DNA of 64,000 nt from Eledone cirrhosa (GCA_964016885.1 OZ024760.1:22568001-22632000), one strand, 5' to 3'. Positions 42,135 to 55,045 are shown, counted from the stretch's first letter. Numbers and translations: made by a program. Notes: generated by a model not told the origin, from the letters alone.

Positions 42135-42592
42135 ATAGTCAGCCTGTGACTAAGATACTCTCATGAAATGACCAAATGAGGTTTATTTTTCAACATACTC
42201 CTTGGGAGGAAACAAGTCAGTTATTAAAAAGAGTTGAAATTAATATATGCAAGATTTCACAGCCCTAACATCAATACTTCATAGGCAGCCTGTATCAAAA
42301 ATACTCTCATGGAATGAAGAAATGAGGTTTATTTTTCAAAGTAGTCCTTGGAATGAAACACTGCAGTTATTTATAAGAAGAACTGAAATTAATACATGCA
42401 AGATTTCACAGCTTTAACATCATTCCTTCATAGTGAGTCTCTGACAAAGATACTCTCATGAAATGACTAAATGAGGTTTACTTTTCAAAGCAGTCCCTGA
42501 AAGAAACAAATCAGTTATTAAAAATAGTTGAGTTCAAATGAATGCATGTAAGATTTCACAGCCCTAGCATCACTCCTTCATAGGCAGCCTAT
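42135..42592 (-). repeat. Three diverged units of about 147 bp derived from a mariner-like MITE
   Basis: ATACTCTCATG(A/G)AATGA..AAATGAGGTTTA at 42155, 42301 and 42450; reverse complement of the 58436-59441 units. Confidence 0.85.
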
Positions 42593-42769
42593 ATACGTTT
42601 CAGCTTATCCTTATATTACACCTGTTGAAATATTAAACCTGTTATTTTACCAAAGGACATGACACCAGTCTTTAAGGGGCTTCAAATGTGCCTGACAATA
42701 GCCTTTCTACCAGAAATAACAATAAAATAGATGTACCTATTTTACAATATATTAAATTATACTCCGTGC

Positions 42770-42945
42770 TGATGGAGATGAGTAGGTAGGTGGTCCTAGG
42801 GCCACGGACACCCGACTTCTCCACTGCTATGGGCTCGACAGCAAACCTGTCGGAGTGCGACCGATATTTGGAGAGTTTAACCTCCTCGGCCCGAATTGCA
42901 GCAGAGCTTGGATTAGTCGTGGACTGCACCAGGTTGTCTCTGGAG
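42770..42945 (-). mobile_element. Fragment of a restriction-like endonuclease region of a CRE-like non-LTR retrotransposon
   Basis: AAIRAEEVKLSKYRSHSDRFAVEPIAVEKSGVRGP fits AA..AE..K..KY......F.P.A.E..G..G. Confidence 0.7.
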
Positions 42946-43040
42946 AAAGTAAAATATATGCGACTTGGTGTAAACTTACTTTTTAAATTTTATTATACAA
43001 ACTTTGATGAATTGTAAATTTCTATATTTAAAACGAAAAG

Positions 43041-43077
<37 letters not shown>

Positions 43078-43208
43078 TGCAAAAGTTCTATTTAAATTGT
43101 TGGGATACAACAAGCAAATATTTTTATAACTGATATAAAGCACTCAACAAGTATTTGGAGTAAACATACGATATTAACAAATGGAAACTATGTTTATAAA
43201 ACCATATT

Positions 43209-43273
43209 TATTTTGTTATACATATTTCAAGGACACCACGTTAAATTATGGTGTGCTTTCATCAGACAAAATA
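43209..43273 (-). ncRNA. Type I hammerhead ribozyme, family B (element about 43085-43350)
   Basis: Reverse complement: TATTTTGT-CTGATGA-AAGCACACCAT..GTGGTGTCCTT-GAAA-TATGTA-TA-ACAAAATA, with a perfect 8-bp stem I. Confidence 0.85.
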
Positions 43274-43534
43274 CAATATAGATCAGTTTTATAAATAAAT
43301 ATTGACATACCCTTAAAAAATGCAACCATTACTGTTGGAAACTCCAGGATAGTGGAGTTGTTTAGTTATATTAGTATTGGATATTTTTATTTTTAAAATA
43401 AGTCGTTGGGTTACAGAAAAGGAAAAAGACGGAGAGAGAGAAAAATAGAGAAAGAAAGAAAAAGAGAGAAACGTATATATATATATTCCGTATATATATA
43501 TATACGGAAAAGAAGTGGCGAAATTAATGGAATA

Positions 43535-43885
43535 ACTGGATGGAGAGGCCGATTCTACCCTACCCAGACTTGGCAATATATCTAATCTGATCATCCCTGG
43601 AAAAAAGGACGAAAGCACAGCTGCGGAGAATAGCCAGTTAACACACTGCATCAGTTTTTCTACCCCAGGGAGATCATTCTTCCAACGGAATCCATCGACT
43701 CTACATTTCAGTGTAGGCACTATATTTCACTTGAGAACTCGTGGACAAAATGGCAAAGGCATTTCTGCGGAGAATAGCCTGCGACACCCGCTACATCTGT
43801 CCCTGAACCCCAAATCTTGGAGAGGGGCTCATTTTTCAGACAGGATCCACTCTTCAAGATTTTGCGAGGGATGAAAGCAGTTTGA
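43535..43885 (+). mobile_element. Decayed, internally duplicated LINE RT N-terminal fragment
   Basis: CTGCGGAGAATAGCC occurs twice. Translations IPGKKD...AEN and, across frameshifts, ILER-LIF-DRI recall the P..K......NYRP...K.LER.I region. Confidence 0.4.
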
Positions 43886-43890
43886 GACAT

Positions 43891-44045
43891 AATTGTTTCT
43901 ACTTTAGGCACAAGGCCAGCCATTACCCAGTACATTACTGGTACTTTATTTTATCGACCCCGTAAGGATGAAAGGCAAAGTTAACCTCGGCGGGATTTGA
44001 ACTCAGACTGTAAAGGGACGTAACTATGCTAGAAAGCATGGCGTT
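43891..44045 (-). mobile_element. Family A SINE, 5'-truncated
   Basis: Near-identical to 1535-1690. Confidence 0.9.
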
Positions 44046-44419
44046 TGAGACATAATGATACCAATATTTATCTATCGTCCTTTCTTCCACGTTAGGAGCG
44101 GCAATGCCCGGATTTATTTAAATTAGGACAACTGTCTAGATTAGATGAAAATTGCTGACTTGCCAAGCTCAAAAACCCCAAAAGCAGAGTACCATGAAAA
44201 AAGTGCCCCAAAATGGGGAGAAATGGGGCAAAATTGGAAAATTTGACATAATGAAAGCTATACCCATTTTCACAAAAAACGGGAAGATCTCCCCATCTCA
44301 CGCTGAGGTTTGACAGATCTGATATTGTATAATGGCAAACTAATCAGCACATCATGTTTATAAACTAAATAAAGAACATATACACTCTGTTCGCTTTTTA
44401 CACGAAGATATTTTTCATC

Positions 44420-44860
44420 AACGCGTAAAGCAAATTCGCATAGTTCAAGTCTATTTTTCCCATTTAAATGAATGGATAAATCAGACGCGTTATAGCGCGT
44501 TAGTCGCATAAAGTCAATATTTAATAATATTTTTTGCTGAGGCATTAAAATGAATTCGCGTGCTTGAAGTTCGCGCGAAAAGCGAACAGATATTACAACT
44601 AAACAACACAAAACAAAACAAAGCGATCGAATCGAAAATCTACAAGAATGTTTCTATTTTTCATCTCTCATTCTTACAAAATAAAAACTGAAATCTTCAT
44701 TCTCACACACCTTCCACGAAACCTTATTTAAATTCGTGAGTCGTTGCAGCACTGTATGTTTGTGCGCCACGTGATAAAGAATCTGTCTTTAATGAGTTGA
44801 AAGCCGAAATAGAATATAGGAATGTGCTATGATATATGCAAACAAAATGGCGACATTATA
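44420..44860. promoter_or_regulatory. CpG-enriched island with E2F-like, E-box and YY1-like motifs
   Basis: TTCGCGCGAAA at 44570, CACGTG at 44768, CAAAATGGCG at 44843. Motif match only. Confidence 0.25.
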
Positions 44861-45130
44861 TTCTCATTTATCACAGTAATTACAGACTTGTCTTTGTTTT
44901 ATTTTCTAGTGTTATGTTTTTGTAACTGAATGTTAAGGTTGCGAAGATTTTTAAATGTCTTACTTTCGAAGACTTAAGGAAACGTCCGACAGGGTAGATT
45001 ATAAAAAGCATGACTAATATATACTTATATAATATGTTTACAAACACATGTACACGCACTCGTATATACAGTGTACACACACACACATATCTATCTACCT
45101 ATCTATCTATATCTCTCTCACTCTCTCTCT

Positions 45131-45165
<35 letters not shown>

Positions 45166-45737
45166 TGTCAATATGTATTTAAATATTAATTATAGACCAA
45201 AATGTAGAGCGCTCTATTTTTTAGTTGCCCATTACAACACGCACACTCACAAACACACACACACACATATATATACACACACACACATATATAAAGACAT
45301 ATATATTTATCTATATATAGACACACACTTATATAAAAACATATATATTTATTTATATATATATATATATATATACAAACAACTACATATATATAAACAC
45401 ACACACAGATACATACAGATACAGATGCACGCGCGCGCGCACACACACACACACATATATATATATACACACGCTCATATATATATATACACACATATAT
45501 ATATATATTCACCCCCCCCCCCCACACACACACACATAAATTCCGTACTTGAGTAGTCACAACTGCTGTTTACAACCTCCACGTCAATCTCTTTACATGT
45601 TCAACCTTGTACATAACATTCTGTTGATTTGTTTGTTTGTTTTCAGTTCATCTGTTGCCTCTATATTTATTTCATAGCTTCTCTCTCACTCTCTCTCTCA
45701 CTGATTCAGACTCTCTCTCACTGATTCAGACTCTCTC

Positions 45738-45776
<39 letters not shown>

Positions 45777-46624
45777 CAATCTCTCCCGCTCTCATTCATT
45801 TTCTCTACCTCTTCCCCTATCTCTCTCCTCTCTACCTCTTCCCCTATCTCTCTCCTCTCTACCTCTTCTCCTCTCTACCTCTTCCCCTATCTCCCTCCTC
45901 TCTACCTCTTCCCCTATCTCTCTCCTCTCTACCTCTTCCCCTATCTCTCTCCTCTCTACTTCTTCCCCTATCTCTCTCCCCTATCTCTCTCCCACACACA
46001 TACACACGCACCCTGTCTCTGCCTCTCTCCCTCTCTCTTTACCTCTCGCCCACTCTCACAAACAATCTCTCCCTTTCTATCTCTCAAAAACACTCTGTAT
46101 CTCTGTCTTTTACTCTCTCTGTCTTTTACTCTCTCTCTCTTTTACTCTCTTTCTGTCACTCTCTCTCTCTGTCACTCTCACACTCACTCTCACACTCTCT
46201 CTCTCTCGCTCTCTCCTTCTCTCTCTCGCTCTCTCACAAACACGCACCCTCTCTCTCTCTTTAGCTCTCGCTCACTCACACTCTCTCCCTTTCTCTATGT
46301 ATCTCTTCCCTCCCCCTGTTTATATATCTTCCCTCCCCCTGTATCCCCCCCCCCCACTCTCTCACTCTCGTTATCTATTATTCATATATATATATATATT
46401 GTTCTGTGAGTTTCCTTATCTACCAAAGCAGATACACAGATTCTTATTATCGAAAATTCCTCAGACAGACTGACATGTTATTTGTTTCAGCATTTCCGGT
46501 TATACTTGAAATTCACTTCCGGCTTTTGCAGTTAGTTAAATTATAAATTATAGACAGTATCTTCCTCCCCTCACTTATGCACCTGCGCCCCCTATCGTAT
46601 TTAACTATGTTTATTACATGAATG

Positions 46625-47190
46625 AGGTGGCGAATTGACAGACGTTAAAAATGTTGAATAAAATGATTTATAGTATGTCTTGCGGCTCTGTCGACAAATA
46701 AAACGTACCAGTTATATACTAGGGCTCGATTTTATTTCTGTATATATCTATTTTACTGCCTGGCTTTCACTCACCTAATCTTTCTTTCTATCTCTCTCTC
46801 TGTCTTTCTGTCTTTATTTCTCTGTCTTTCTTTCTCTCTCTCTCTCTTTCTTTGTCAGTCTCTCTTTCTCTCTTTCTGTCCCCTCTCTTTCTGTCCCCCC
46901 GCTCTCTCTCTGTCCCCCATCTCGCCTCCCCTCTCTCTGTGGAAGAAATCAGTTCTACTCAGGCCTGGAGAAGAGATCTATGCCCCACCAGCTTCAAAAT
47001 GGCTGACACAGGTCATATGACACAACGTTTATTACTAGAATGAGGTGGCGTATTGATAGACGTGAAAAACGTCGAATAAAATTATTTGCAGCACGACATC
47101 CGGCTGTCTATCGAGGAAAGAAATGTACCAGCTATATACTAGGGCTCCATTTTATTCCTGTATATATATTTTTGCTACCTGGTTTTCACT
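46625..47190 (+). mobile_element. Two similar internally deleted family A-lineage SINE remnants (46625-46780, 47041-47200)
   Basis: Both read TGAGGTGGCG-ATTGA-AGACGT...GTACCAG-TATATACTAGGGCTC...CCTGG-TTTCACTCAC-TAATCTTTCT, suggesting a local duplication. Confidence 0.65.
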
Positions 47191-47234
47191 CACTTAATCT
47201 TTCTCTCTCTCCCCCTCCCTCTCCCCCCTCTCAA

Positions 47235-47645
47235 CAGCCAACCTTCTTTTTTCGATCAGCAGCAGCAGAGTTTAAAGAGCAAGGATCAAGTCCAGTCCAT
47301 AAGTTGACATTGTCAAGCCATCGTTTTGGCTGCCGGCCTCTGCTTCTCTCACCAGCCAACCTTCCTACCAACCATAACCTACTTACACTACGAGTTCATC
47401 TTTTTATATGACCGTATAGTTTGAGTACTCTTGACTTCACAATTGATGTAATTGGTTCAAGTCTGGTAATGTTGAGCAGCTCACTGATACAGATACGGTT
47501 GCTGAGCCGCTTGCCAGTCATAAGTCTCATGATGTGGTTCTGGAATGTAGAGAGCTTCTGAAGTGACCTTGTCGTCCAATTAACACAATCAATACCATAT
47601 AATACAACTGGTAGAATGTAAGTATCAAAGAGCTTAGCCTTCATG
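47235..47645 (-). mobile_element. RTE-like LINE 3' fragment
   Basis: KAKLFDTYILPVVLYGIDCVNWT...LKLYGHIKR, followed by SRGRQPKRWLDNV. Confidence 0.8.
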
Positions 47646-47699
47646 TAGCAAACATGTAGTTTGCCAAATGACAGGTATATATTTTTCTTGCAAATTTTA

Positions 47700-47960
47700 G
47701 AATGTTCGGCTCATGATTATATGGTCGTGAGTTCGAATCCCGGCGGCGATGGGTTGTCATTGAACCACCCACTTTATGTCAAATTGCATTTATTTACTCA
47801 GATAGAAAAAAAATGAGCTACACATGTATATCACTGCGGCCAATCGTGTCATAGTGACACGTGCTGAATCTCCACGAGAGTTAACTTAATAGTGCACGTG
47901 TCAGTGCAATAGTTAGCCTCTTATATGTTAATTTCATGAGCAGGAAGATTCATCGAAGAA
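47700..47960 (+). mobile_element. tRNA-derived SINE, second family; related 3' piece at about 33360-33440
   Basis: B-box GAGTTCGAATCCC followed by CACTTTAT and a GCTGAATCTCC...AATTTCATGAGCAGG tail. Confidence 0.6.
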
Positions 47961-48518
47961 GCGACGGAGGACCAGCATGCATTATCTTTCATAATACTCT
48001 AAATTTTGAAATCGAGTTTCTGTTGGTGGTTGGTGGGGTCGACATTACATTTAATCCCTACGTGATCAATCAATCGATTGATAAATGAAGTTCTAGTTAG
48101 GAATGGTAAGATCGATTCTATTGACCAACTCATAAGAAATCGATTCACTGGAGATATGCCAATACAAGACATTTCTATTAAGATAAAATATATTTTTTGT
48201 TATATTTTTTTGGCACAAAATGCAAGTTTTCTATAAATATTCGGGTAGAAAATACACCCCCACAGAAACACACACGCACAAACACATACGCGCTCACACA
48301 CTCTCATACATACACTCATACATACACTCATACACTCACTCATACACTCACTCATACACTTACTCATACACTTACGCATACACTCACTCACTCACTCACT
48401 CACTCACACTCACTCACTCACTCACACACTCACTCACACACTCACTCACACACTCACTCACACACTGACACACTCATACACTCATACTCATACACACACG
48501 CACACATACATACATATT

Positions 48519-48554
<36 letters not shown>

Positions 48555-48580
48555 TCACACACACTCACAGTTTATCATAT

Positions 48581-48770
48581 AATTGTTTCTACTTTTGGCA
48601 CAACGCCAGCAATTATTCCAGTACATTACTGGTACTTTATTTTATCGACCCTGTAAGGATGAAAGGCCAATTTAACCTCGGCTGGATTTGAACTGAAAAT
48701 GGCAAGGGCCGTAACTCTATGCGTCAAAGCATGGCGTCTGACCCTCTACCGACACTGCCAATCCACCACA
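48581..48770 (-). mobile_element. Family A SINE
   Basis: Matches 1535-1723. Confidence 0.88.
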
Positions 48771-49084
48771 CGCCGATTATCATATAATATAAGTATCACC
48801 AAAGCGATCATCATCATCATCATCACCATTACCATCATCACCATTACCATCACCACCATCACCACCACCACCATCACCACCATCACCACCACCACCATCA
48901 CCAACATCATCAATAGTAGTAGTAACAAATATAGGAATAAAGGAGGCTTCAATAGTATTTACATATAATGACCTGCTTCTTGATATAGTACTCAATGGAT
49001 GTAACACACGCACACACTCACACTCACATACATACGCATACACATACGAGTTTATAAACGCACACACTCATGTTTTTTAAACAA

Positions 49085-49600
49085 ACACATATACACACAC
49101 ACATTCAGTTATATATGTTTATAAAAATACAAGCATACACACACATACACACACACACACATATATACACACATATTCAGTTATATATGTTTATAAAAAC
49201 ACAAGCACACATACACACACACATATTCACACACATTCACACAGTTATATATATATGTTTATAAAAACACAAGCACACATATACACACACACATTCACAC
49301 ACATATATGTTTATAAAAACACAAGCTCACATACACACACATTCAGTTATATATATATGTTTATAAAAACACAAGCACACATATACACACACATTCACAC
49401 AGTTATATATATATGATTATAAAAACACAAGCACACATATACAGACACACATTCACACACATATATGTTTATAAAAACACAAGCACACATATACACACAC
49501 ATTCACACAGTTATATATATATGATTATAAAAACACAAGCACACATATACACACACACACATTCACACAGTTATATATATGTTTATAAAAACACAAGCAG
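49085..49600. repeat. 50-60 bp minisatellite (TTATAAAAACACAAGCACACATATACACAC...)
   Basis: Direct reading. Confidence 0.88.
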
Positions 49601-49714
49601 ATATATGTCTATATATAGACACCCACTGGTCCATAATTTTGTATTGATTAGATGTGTTCTTGGTGAGTATCTGGCCTCATCCTGGGGTATATAATATATA
49701 TATATATATATATG

Positions 49715-50992
49715 AAAAAGAACACAAGAGCGTCTACATCAACATATTTTTTATTGGCTTACAATGTTTCTTCCTTACGTAACCGTAGGATTCGTCAGAG
49801 CTATAAAAGGGGTTTGATTGGTGTTATGGACTCTACCAACCAAACAAGAACAAAGAGTAAAGAGAGTAAAGAGCAAAAGTAGGGGACGATAAGTCTAATT
49901 TTGGTGCGGGATATATATATATAGTTAAAGAATGAAGTTTAACATGGTTGGCTGTACGATAATGGCTTTATTTAAAGTACTGACAATTGTTTCGTTGATC
50001 ATATGGGTCTAGAGTTCGCTAATCGTTAATGTTGCGTTATTCGATCTCCAATGCATTATTCACCTATGGTCAACACATCAGAGTATGTAGATATGAAAAT
50101 AATTCACTCGAGGCAAGACTTATATAGAGAAATAGTATATAATTAAAACAATAACATCAATAATAAAATACCGTATAATCAAACAATAATAATACATGTG
50201 TGGTAGGTAGAGAAGTTACTAGTAGTTTTTTGAGTAATTGTTCGTATAAGGATTCGCTGGTGGGAAACTAGATTCGAGATGTGCATAGATACGTGTAGAG
50301 GGTCCGATAAAAGAGACAATAAATTAGAGATTGATTGCTGGATGTATGTATGATATTTATGGGCTAGGGATGACGGGACATTTGATAAACGCTTGTTGTA
50401 AATGTTTTGCTGATTGTTCTATCTTAATGGGGTTGATGTTGTTTCAGGGAGAGAGGGCGAAAGAAATGTTCAGAGATTTATGATCCAGTGACTAGTTGGC
50501 TGTTTGATAGCTAATAGCAGTGCGATAGTGTGTATTCTATATGTTAAAATCTAGGTGGTTCAGTACTAATTTTGGGATTGCTGGTTCAATACATGGTGGT
50601 TTAAAGTTTGTGAATCTAGTAGCTATTTTATGTCTACAGAAAATAGATCTTTCTATTTTGCTGTTAAGCAACATCCCATCGTACCTTAAAATATGTAGTA
50701 GTTCTAAATTACAGAGCCCGCAGTGGGACATACCGTTGCTGTAGGATTTCGCTACCGATCATTTTGACCAGCTGATCTTATATTCTAGGTTTCTGTCCTT
50801 AAGCTGCCAGATTATATTGGAGAACATCGTAGAGTTCTCCAGTGCACGGTTCTTCATGGAGTGTCTGTGGACGTACCACCTTTTCTTAAACTCCCCAGCC
50901 GCGGAACCTATGTAGTACCAGGTAGAATTGCCTGAATTCACAGTACACCGGTATACCATTCTTGAATCCAGGCATCTATTCCGTAGCGTAAG
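49715..50992 (-). mobile_element. Penelope-like element 3' part: GIY-YIG endonuclease pseudogene, long 3' UTR and terminal hammerhead
   Basis: LRNRCL..MVYRC...YYIGSA.GEFKKRW..H...ISWS (50759-50990), frameshifted into CGLCNLE...LLN...E...CRHK (50537-50731). Confidence 0.85.
49757..49801 (-). ncRNA. Hammerhead ribozyme at the 3' end of the Penelope-like element
   Basis: Reverse complement: GCT-CTGACGA-A-TCCTACG GTTA CGTAAGGA-A-GAAA-CATTG-TA-AGC, then AATAAA. Confidence 0.75.
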
Positions 50993-51049
50993 GTCTTCAA
51001 AATGCTTTTAATTAAGCATACAGTGTATTACCAAATACACTATATATAC

Positions 51050-51094
<45 letters not shown>

Positions 51095-51470
51095 TGTATA
51101 TATAGTGTATTTAGTAATACACTGTATGCTTAATTAAAATAATTTTGAAAATGCTTTTAATTAAGCATACAGTGTATTACCAAATACACTATATATACAT
51201 TTATATATATATATATATATGAATGTATATATAGAGTATTTGGTAATACACTGTATGCTTAATTAAAATAATTTTGAAGACCTTACTCTATTGTTTTAAA
51301 GTAGTGACTATGTCACTTCTTTTTTCAACAAACAAAGGGAGATAAGCTGACAGATCTGTTTCATACTGTTGGTATTCCTCAGAGCTTAGCACTCCCATTG
51401 TCTGTTGAAAAATTATGAATGTTGGATTAAGCATACAGTGTATTACAAAAATACACTATATATACATCGC
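50990..51470. mobile_element. Complex of alternating inverted copies of a roughly 60-bp terminus plus a hammerhead element
   Basis: TTAAGCATACAGTGTATTAC-AAATACACTATATATACAT occurs five times in alternating orientation around (TA)n. Confidence 0.85.
51343..51388 (-). ncRNA. Canonical type I hammerhead ribozyme
   Basis: Reverse complement: TAAGCT-CTGAGGA-ATAC CAACA GTAT-GAAA-CAGATCTG-TC-AGCTTA. Perfect 6-bp stem I, 10-nt palindromic stem III, GUC triplet. Confidence 0.9.
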
Positions 51471-51486
51471 TATTTCAGAGCACCAA

Positions 51487-51532
<46 letters not shown>

Positions 51533-51844
51533 TTAAAACAATAAATATTCTCCTTATATGATATTTTGTATCTAACCTTACATAGATCGATAACGAAATA
51601 TGCGTACGATGTATTATTATCGCCTAGAAACGATCGTAAAGTAGTGAAGTATTTTCCTAATGACTTGAAATTTTATTTCATTGTTTTAACTTATTTTCAT
51701 GGGTGTTTTTCTTTTGATGATTTTTTTTTTGTTTTCCGGGATTTATTTTAAACTATATTATCAACATATGGATTACATTGAGTTCTTCATGCAGACTAGA
51801 CCCCATAACTTACCGTGGATATTTCTGTGTGTGTGTGTGTATAT

Positions 51845-52150
51845 ATATGGAGTGTTTATGGTGTGTGTATATATATATGGAGTGTTTATGGTGTGTGTAT
51901 ATATATATATATGGAGTGTTTATGGTGTGTGTATATATATATCTGGAGTGTTTATGGTGTGTGTATATATATATGGAGTGTTTTTGGTGTGTGTGTATAT
52001 ATATATATGGAGTGTTTATGGTGTGTGTATATATATATATATATGGAGTGTTTTTGGTGTGTGTGTATATATATATATGGAGTGTGTATGGTGTGTATAT
52101 ATATATGGAGTGTTTATGGTGTGTATATATATATATATGGAGTGTTTATG

Positions 52151-52188
<38 letters not shown>

Positions 52189-52313
52189 TTTATAGTGTGT
52201 ATATATATATATAGTGTTTATAGTGTGTATATATATATATGTAGTGTTTATAGTGTGTGTATATATATATGTAGTGTTTATAGTATATATATATACGGAG
52301 CGTTTATAGTGTT

Positions 52314-52344
<31 letters not shown>

Positions 52345-52560
52345 GGAGTTTTTATAGTGTCTATATAAATCTGGAGTGATAATAGTGTGTATACATCTGC
52401 AGTGTTTGTAGTTTTTATATATGTTTATATATATATCTATCTGGGGAGTTTATAGTGTGTATGTATATATATCTGAGGTGTTTATAGTGTATAAGTATCT
52501 GGGGTGTTTATAGTGTGTACAAGTATCTGGAGTGTTTATATTATGGATACATCTGGAGTA
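51845..52560. repeat. Degenerate minisatellite (TATGGAGTGTTTATGGTGTGTG)
   Basis: Direct reading. Confidence 0.88.
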
Positions 52561-52852
52561 CATGTAATGTGTGTTTCTGAATGTGTTCCTATGGGTTAAT
52601 ATAAGGGATAATAGCCTATATATGGATTATTGGAAGCGTGTATTTCAGTGGAGCTTTCCACTGCAGGGACTCGGGGCAATTGCCCCCCCCCCCACCCTAT
52701 TAAATCTGGCCCTGCCTGATGAGTTTGTTCTCCGATATTTAGTGGATATTTGATTGCTTTTCAACTGTGTTTTGTGGGATCTTGTTGTAGGATAGTTGTA
52801 AGGGTATCAGTGGATATTTTTACAAAATTGTGCAGTTAACCTGATATATATG

Positions 52853-52888
<36 letters not shown>

Positions 52889-52971
52889 ACAAGCGTAAAA
52901 GACAGACGCGTAAACACTCACACACACACACATGTATCCCGTCCCTTCAATCTTTCTAAACTCTCATTCTT

Positions 52972-53007
52972 TCTTCTGATGAAGGACTAGCGTCCGAAAC
53001 TTTAAGT
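52972..53007 (+). ncRNA. Family C hammerhead, degenerate stem III (element about 52938-53095)
   Basis: TCTT-CTGATGA-A-GGACTAGCGTCC-GAAACTTT-AAG. Confidence 0.5.
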
Positions 53008-53125
53008 TCCTCTTCCTGCTATTTCAAGCATTAACCTAATATATTCCTTCCAATTTACTGTACCGATTATGATGTTATTTCTGTTTACATTTTACACACC
53101 CGCACGCACGCACGCATGCGCACAC

Positions 53126-53158
<33 letters not shown>

Positions 53159-53195
53159 ATATTTATTTCTTGATGACATTATATAAACAATCATT

Positions 53196-53233
53196 TCTCT
53201 GAAGAGTCAGTCTGGGTGAAACATTATGTAAGA
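53196..53233 (+). ncRNA. Hammerhead-like motif with weak stem II
   Basis: TCT-CTGAAGA-GTCAGTCTGGGT-GAAA-CATTATG-TA-AGA, in a short island between (TA)n tracts. Confidence 0.5.
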
Positions 53234-53337
53234 TTTATATAAAGAACTTGTTTTAACGGCTTGTAACTCCTTCAGTCATTCATTTGCTTATATATATATA
53301 TATACTGTATGTATGTGTGTGTATTTCTACACATATA

Positions 53338-53782
53338 TCTTCATTGCTGTAGTGGAGTCTGTGCTACTGTACGGGTCTGAGACTTGGATACTGACCAAGA
53401 AACTCACTCAGATGGTGGATGGGTGCTACACGAGAATGCTGAGTATGGCTCTGAACATTAATCAGTATACGCTGAGGATGAAGAACTCAGAGCTGTACGG
53501 GAGCCTCCCAAAAGTCAGCTTGAAAGTAACACAGAGGAGACTGGGGTTAGCTGGACATGCTCAACGACATCCAGAGTTGACATTGCACTCACTGCTCCTG
53601 TGGGAGTCGCTACATGGACACACTGGAAGAGGAAGACCGAGGTTAACATATGTTGATGCCCTAAGGACAGACACTGGTCTGTTGGAGACGAAGGACATGG
53701 CAGCGATAATGAGGGACAGAGACCGCTGGAGAGGACTCGTCCATGGATCTCGGGAATTTTACCCGTCCTAGAGAGAGAGAGA
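53338..53782 (+). mobile_element. RTE-like LINE 3' fragment with (GA)n tail
   Basis: FIAVVESVLLYGSETW...DGCYTRML...RRLGLAGH..RH...GRPRLTYVD...DRDRWR. Confidence 0.88.
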
Positions 53783-53911
53783 TATGTGTCTGGGACTAGC
53801 TATTGAAACGGCAAGAGCTCCGCCGTATATTTCTGTCTCTTTATAATATATATTTATAAGAATATGCGTTTCGAGTGTAGATGCGTAGCCGTGACTAGGA
53901 AGTTCTAACTT

Positions 53912-53962
<51 letters not shown>

Positions 53963-54013
53963 CTCTCTCTTTTTCTCTCTCTCTCTCTTTTTCTCTCTCT
54001 CTCTCTCTTTTTC

Positions 54014-54044
<31 letters not shown>

Positions 54045-54071
54045 CTTTCTCTTTCTCTCTTTCTCTTTCTA

Positions 54072-54168
<97 letters not shown>

Positions 54169-54480
54169 TTTTTTCTCTCTTTCTCTCTCTTTCTCTCTCT
54201 CTCTGTCTCTGTCTCTCTCTCTCTTTCTCTTTCTTTCTCTCTCTCTTTCCCTGTCTCTCTCTTATATAGATATATACACACACACACACATAATTACAGA
54301 TGTATGTACATACATAAAAACATATATTCTTAGACATTTAGCCTTTTTCCCTTTTCCATTACCGTTTGAGAAACATAGACTTTTTATTATTTTTTTTTCA
54401 TTTTTTTTTATTTTATAGTCTCCGAGTATGTTGTAGCTTCGTAGTTAACCCTAGCAGTCCTATTGTCTACTCTTTAACAG

Positions 54481-54533
54481 GAAGTATTATAGATACGCCG
54501 CCAAAAATAAATGGCGCTGAAGACGTCATTCAG
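54481..54533 (+). CDS. Candidate internal exon (SIIDTPPKINGAEDVIQ)
   Basis: Acceptor CTACTCTTTAACAG, donor CAG|GTATTG, only one of three frames open. Confidence 0.3.
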
Positions 54534-54762
54534 GTATTGAGCGTCAAAAATCGAACATCGAATTTCTCTCAGACCGTTTTAGATATAGCAGACTAATGTT
54601 TCTGCTAGCATTACTCTAACACTCACATATACACATATACACATGTACACATATACGCAGATTTACTTACATACTCATACTCAGTCTCACACGCACAACG
54701 AACGTGCGCACGAATACACACACGCACGCACGCACACATGCATGCACGCACGCACACATATA

Positions 54763-54800
<38 letters not shown>

Positions 54801-54809
54801 TATATATAT

Positions 54810-54881
54810 ATATCAATATATTCAGAACTATAGTAAATATATATGTATATATATATATATATCAATATATTCAGAAGTATA

Positions 54882-54943
<62 letters not shown>

Positions 54944-54960
54944 ATATATACAGAACTATA

Positions 54961-54993
<33 letters not shown>

Positions 54994-55011
54994 AATATAT
55001 ACAGAACTATA

Positions 55012-55045
<34 letters not shown>

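Noticed and set aside
41387-42135. Repetitive Arg/Ser/Pro-rich ORFs
   Set aside because: Translation of a roughly 22-bp minisatellite whose unit is not a multiple of three.
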